From the human T2T-CHM13v2.0 reference genome, Homo sapiens: 64,000 nucleotides of DNA. A model generated the notes under the pieces. That model made no database searches, was not told the origin of the DNA, and saw only the letters and a program-made list of their open reading frames with translations. Location: assembly GCF_009914755.1 (NCBI RefSeq), contig NC_060938.1. The stretch is one strand, 5' to 3'. The number at the start of each line of letters is the position of its first letter. Position 1 is the first letter of the stretch. The translations under genes and the position numbers were made by a program. Below, one piece after another: positions 50,654 through 64,000 of the stretch.

Positions 50654-50864
50654 GTAGGAACCTGATAGCTAAGAAGGCTGGCGAGAGAACGCGGCCGACC
50701 GGGTTGAAGCAGGGACGGGAAGCCGGGCGGAGAGGCGACTGACGGGAGAGGAGAGAGAGCGGGGTTTGGGGAGTGTTGTCAGAATGTCAGGGTCAAAAGC
50801 CATCGCTCCAAGCTGACTCCCTGCTCCCCCTAACTTATCCCCGCGACTTTCTTTTGGTTTCCAG

Positions 50865-50933
50865 TTTCCCGGAGGAAATGACAATTACCTGACGATCACA
50901 GGGCCTTCGCACCCCTTCCTGTCAGGGGCCGAG
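50865..50933 (+). CDS. TOX4: TOX4 exon 2 ([23 protein letters not shown])
   Basis: Branch-like cctaac at 50829; tttccag|TTT ... GAG|gtgagc; 69 nt. Confidence 0.93.
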
Positions 50934-51162
50934 GTGAGCCAGAGCTGCCGACGCCGCGGGGGTAGGGCCTGAGGCAGCGGTGGGGTAGGGTAGTGGGGAG
51001 GAGAGCACGGACTCCGGGGACGGGGGCTGGGAACCAAGGGCCGCAATTGGTGTTTAGAGAAAAGTGGCGGTTGCTTCTAGAGCCTGTGGGGACTATCTGG
51101 GGAAGTCTTGGGAAGTTGCTGTCATCAGAAAGCAAGGTATTGGAAAGAGATAACCTGTTTAA

Positions 51163-55430
<4,268 letters not shown>

Positions 55431-56895
55431 ATAGTAATAATTTCAAAAGAGTAGCAGTCCAGAGAGAGCATTGCCTGAGGCGGAAAGTTCTATGATCTGA
55501 AGGCAATTTAATCTTTCTGTTTCTCTTTTTCAGGTTGGCTCTAATATAGTGGTATTATGCTTAGAGCACATTGGGGAAATAATTAGGCATAAAGGTACCC
55601 ATCCTTCAGTAGGAAAAGTAACTAACATTAGAACCAGTTCATTATTTCTGGCTAAATAGGTAAAATTTTCACTACTACATCAGTTTTTAAGAGCAGTTAT
55701 TTAAATGACCCATAGTACCAGCGTATTGTTGAATAAATAGGTGTTGGATTAAAATAAATTTCTCTAAAGTGAATGATCTATATAATAAGCTAAAGAAATA
55801 ATAGATTGTATGTTTTGGGATCAGAGAATGAAAAAAGGGAGGGAAATGGTATTTTTGATTTTTTGGTTCTCTTGATATTTAAGCATCTTTGCTTATAAAC
55901 TGTAATTCCCAAACCAGCCCCTCCTTCAAAAAGGCCCAGGAATTGAACAAAGGAGGAAAGGAAAGCTAAGTTAGAAGGTAACTGCATATCATGTTCCTGT
56001 TTTCTCTTTCTGTGTCCAAACCACTTCTTTTTAATATTTGCTTCAGTTTTAGTTTTGTTTTATATTTAACAGTCTAGAGTGTGATCTGGTTATGTAATCC
56101 GCTAAAATAAAGTAAGTTTAGGTATTCATTTTTGGATTTTACCCATAATTTTACAGATCATTTGTAGTGAAAAAGATTTTAGTGAATCTCTACTTTTACT
56201 ATAGCATGTGGTTTACCCTATCCTTTTTTTTTAACCTTCTGTATTCTTGATAATTGTAGTTATCTTACTATTCATACTTAAAGGAAGAAATAAAACAGAA
56301 CCCAGAAAACCACCATGAAAGCCATAGGTACTGAATAACAAAGCTTTTACACATCCCAAGGGGTGGTGTATAGAAAGAATGCCTTGTCGATCCTACATAA
56401 TGGAATCTCAACATGTCTAATTTTTTTATCATTTCCCAGTTCATTTTATGTAGCCATGTCTAATTTTTTAGTGTACAAGGAGAACATTCCAGATGGTTTA
56501 TGAGGGGTAGTCACTTGTGGAACACTGGTCCCTTGTTTTGGATATGAATTTTTATCCTTTTGGGGTTCTCATTAACAAATAGTATCATTTTTATATCCTG
56601 ACAAAGTTGCTGTTTTGTTGTGGTAAGCAGAAAAGGATAGGCATCTTTGCTTTGCCAAAGCAATCTGTATCTTGAAAATTTTGGAAACTACTATTTTACT
56701 ATTAGTCTAGTACAGTAAATGTTTCCCTTGATCCTTCTTCCTGTTCCTATAACTTTTTTTTTTTTTTTGGTGTGAGAATTTGGTAAAAATCTTTGTACCT
56801 TCTACCTTAAAAATGCTCACGTAAACCTAAACTGAAATATCAGAAAGAGTCATGGACTGGAAGTTAAGAACTTCCACTCAATAACAAAAATTATG

Positions 56896-59545
<2,650 letters not shown>

Positions 59546-60813
59546 AAGGAACCTTTAGGAACTCTATTTAAAGAATGCATTGTTCAATTATGAAAAAAAA
59601 AAATGTTGGTACCTATTGAATTTGATCTGAATCAGTTTATATTTACTATGCTATGTGTTAGATTGATAGAATTTAAAGTTTCTAAAATTCCAATTATCTG
59701 TTATAATTGGTTGGGGTGGGGGTAATCATTATTAGGATATTATCATTCATAACAATGGTTAATGATGGTGATTAAGCCATTATATGTATCAGGCAATGTG
59801 CTAAGATTTTATGCATGAAATCTCACTTATCCTCATAATAACCATATAAGGGGATTACCATTATAATTCCCATTTTACAGATGAAGAAAACTTGTTCAAG
59901 GTCTTGTACCCAGGTCTCTCTGACAGCAGTCTCTTGCTATTATTTATAAATGTCTATTGCTGTAAATGCCACCATTTAGATTTTAGTGTCAAAACAGAAC
60001 CATAGCAGTTCACATCTTAATCAGACATTGTCTGTTAGCTGCATGAGTGGTGGCCTCATTCAGAAAAGAAAGAATGTGTTATTATTGACCTAGTTGGACT
60101 CAGAGGAAGAGATTGGGTCTTTAGCCAACTGGAGTAATCCTTTTCCTCTCTTAGAGAGAAGCTTGGTCAGAGCAAGACTAGCATTTTTGGCATTGTTGAG
60201 GTTTTCTGAAAATCCTATACTAATGGGAATCTTTATTTGTTGTTAACATTATAATTTCTAAAGTGGAGAAGAAGTAGGAAACTCTGCAAATATTTTAGAG
60301 GGGGTAAAGTTCCCATGACAGTACATTTTAGCATCTGTTTGAAAGGAACCTAAAACAACAAAGTATAATTGGCTGGCTGACAGCGAATTTCTGTGACCTA
60401 ACAGTTTAGATGTAATAATTGTGAAATAACTGCTCTATTAGAATCTTTAGAGAGAGATTTCAAGAATCATAGTAAACAGGTTATAAAGGCTATGTCCTAA
60501 GTAATGGTACTGAAAGAATTTTTCATTAGAACCATAGGCATAATTTAAGACAAAAGAGACGGTAATGGTAGAAAAGAGATAAAAGAATTGAAAATTGTGA
60601 CTGATGTTAGCAGCCTTGAATGTACCAAATGACCAAGGGTATCAGAAGAGAGATTGGTAAAAATAATAGGTTCTAAGAAATTGATTATAAAATAGGATCC
60701 TAAGCAGAAAAAATGCATCCTGAGAATCTCTAGTACCCCATTATGTTCTTCACTTAGTAGTATGCCATTTCTCCTCTTTTCACTAATTCTTTTCCCCCTT
60801 TTTTCCCCTACAG

Positions 60814-61056
60814 ACATTCCATACACCAAGCTTGGGTGATGAGGAATTTGAAATCCCACCTATCTCCTTGGATTCTGATCCCTCATTGGCTGTCTCAGAT
60901 GTGGTTGGCCACTTTGATGACCTGGCAGACCCTTCCTCTTCACAGGATGGCAGTTTTTCAGCCCAGTATGGGGTCCAGACATTGGACATGCCTGTGGGCA
61001 TGACCCATGGCTTGATGGAGCAGGGCGGGGGGCTCCTGAGTGGGGGCTTGACCATG
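60814..61056 (+). CDS. TOX4: TOX4 exon 3 ([19 protein letters not shown]...GGLTM)
   Basis: cctacag|ACA ... ATG|gtaagg; 243 nt; TOX-family motif [17 protein letters not shown]. Confidence 0.97.
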
Positions 61057-61956
61057 GTAAGGGGCAAGACATTGTCAGGCTTACCCCAGCTAATGGGCAT
61101 GGCATTAGGGGAGACAAAGTTACTCTATTCCCTGCTACACTTGGGTATTACTTGTTTCTCTTCTTGTGGCTAAAGGCTCACCAACAAAGACTTAATTTCA
61201 CCTGAATAAATGAAATTTACCATGTAGGTAGATTTTACTTGAAAAATAATTTAAAATTGTACAATGTCTGGTTTGAAAATTATTTATTGTGGTTTTTGGG
61301 AAAAAGTGTTTTCTGCTTTTATTATGGCCTTCACATCCTAGGATTCAAATTTGAATGTGATAGCTGGCACACGGAGGGATTTATTCAAAAATGGCCTGAA
61401 TCACGTTGAGCAGCCAGCAGAACAGAGCTTAAAAAAAAAAAAAAAAAAGGTCTGAGCCAAATATAGTATTGTGGATTAGTATGTAATATAAATCAGTATA
61501 TTGGGCTTCCAGCACATCGAACCAGTAAGCACATCTTCATACTCTATATTTGATGCCAGACTTTAATATTGGCCTTATTTATGCTGATTGCCTATGTATT
61601 ACAATTTTAAAAGCTATTATTTTGGGAGAGTACAGATAGGAAGTTTTTCTTTACTCAATGTGTTGTCACTACCTATATATTACTGAATAAGTTGATAGCT
61701 CTTTGACTTGTCCAACAGTGCGACTTCTCTGATTATTTTTAGTTCTTCTTTTGAGTGCAAAGAAGTAAATTCATTAATTTCTGTACTTTTTTAAAAAGCT
61801 TATTTTTTTATTTTCATTTTTGAAGACTATTTTATGTTTTGTATTTTAAATGATACAATTTGGGTAGGCAGGGAATTTATAAGCTGTCTTAAATTTAGGG
61901 GGGAAAAGTGGTTTTTTTTATATTTAGTGTTTAATTAGTCCTTCTGCTTCTCTCAG

Positions 61957-62217
61957 GACTTGGACCACTCTATAGGAACTCAGTATAGTGCCAACCCACC
62001 TGTTACAATTGATGTACCAATGACAGACATGACATCTGGCTTGATGGGGCATAGCCAGTTGACCACCATTGATCAGTCAGAACTGAGTTCCCAGCTGGGT
62101 TTGAGCCTAGGGGGTGGCACCATCCTGCCACCTGCCCAGTCACCTGAAGATCGTCTTTCAACCACCCCTTCACCTACTAGTTCACTTCACGAGGATGGTG
62201 TTGAGGATTTCCGGAGG
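61957..62217 (+). CDS. TOX4: TOX4 exon 4 ([10 protein letters not shown]...[15 protein letters not shown]...EDFRR)
   Basis: tctcag|GAC ... AGG|gtgagg; 261 nt. Confidence 0.97.
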
Positions 62218-62539
62218 GTGAGGCATTCCCTGTCAAAATCAATTCTGCTGTGATAGTCTGGGATAAAATTTTTGGGATACAGAGCCTAATCAGTATTCTT
62301 TACCCTTGCCGTGCCATCTCCTCTGCTGTTTTCTGGGTATGGGGTTCCACCTCCCAATTTCCAGTTTATAATTCTCCTCTCAATCCCTATTCTTATTGGT
62401 TCTCCATATTTGACTAATGTCTTTTAATGCTATTTCTATGATTTTTAGCATTTCTGAAAATTCCATACATGTGGCTAGTTTCCAGACATAATACTTGTCA
62501 TTGTCCATTGTGTAATTCTCTCTTTTTTCTCTCCTACAG

Positions 62540-62770
62540 CAACTTCCCAGCCAGAAGACAGTCGTGGTGGAAGCAGGGAAAAAGCAGAAGGCCCCAAAGA
62601 AGAGAAAAAAGAAAGATCCTAATGAACCTCAGAAACCAGTTTCAGCATATGCTTTATTCTTTCGTGATACACAGGCTGCCATCAAGGGACAGAATCCTAA
62701 TGCCACTTTTGGTGAGGTTTCAAAAATTGTGGCCTCCATGTGGGATAGTCTTGGAGAGGAGCAAAAACAG
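62540..62770 (+). CDS. TOX4: TOX4 exon 5: basic NLS and start of the HMG box ([26 protein letters not shown]...[10 protein letters not shown])
   Basis: cctacag|CAA ... CAG|gtgagc; 231 nt; gene continues beyond the window. Confidence 0.97.
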
Positions 62771-62885
62771 GTGAGCAAATATTGAGGAACTAGTAGTGAA
62801 TGTTCCAGAAGTTTTTAAAGAGATAAAAATTGAGGTTTTCTTTTTTCTTACATGTCCTTATCTAATATCAGCTGTTTGTTAATGA

Positions 62886-63901
<1,016 letters not shown>

Positions 63902-64000
63902 CTACCATTTCCCGCTTTTAAGGTGGAAACTGGAGCCCACTGCCCAGTTAAGGTCATATAACATTTAAGTGGTAAAGTTGAGACACAATCCAGGTTCTTT

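Overview
Human (or very close primate) genomic DNA matching the CHD8-RAB2B-TOX4 locus at 14q11.2, recognised from the translated exons. Minus strand: the 5' part of CHD8 (two CpG-island promoters at ~10.2-11 kb and ~29.1-29.9 kb, plus the first three coding exons; the gene runs off the left edge) and the complete 8-exon RAB2B (216 aa). Plus strand: the first five coding exons of TOX4, which shares a ~250 bp bidirectional promoter with RAB2B. The rest is Alu-dense intron with L1, L2, ERVL-LTR and hAT remnants; repeat boundaries are approximate and family calls were made by eye. The most unusual structure is at 705-1293, where the CHD8 exon 4/intron 4 junction itself is tandemly amplified (47-bp and 87-bp units in a 134-bp higher-order repeat). 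This leaves 7 extra intact copies of the 5' splice site, all downstream of an in-frame stop: a candidate copy-number-tunable poison-splicing or U1-decoy element in a dosage-sensitive gene. Other notable items: one ATG that is a uORF start or an isoform start depending on splicing, an Alu-left-arm/full-length-7SL chimera with shared TSDs, a tail-to-tail inverted Alu pair in the RAB2B 3' UTR, and a locally templated Alu-fragment insertion.
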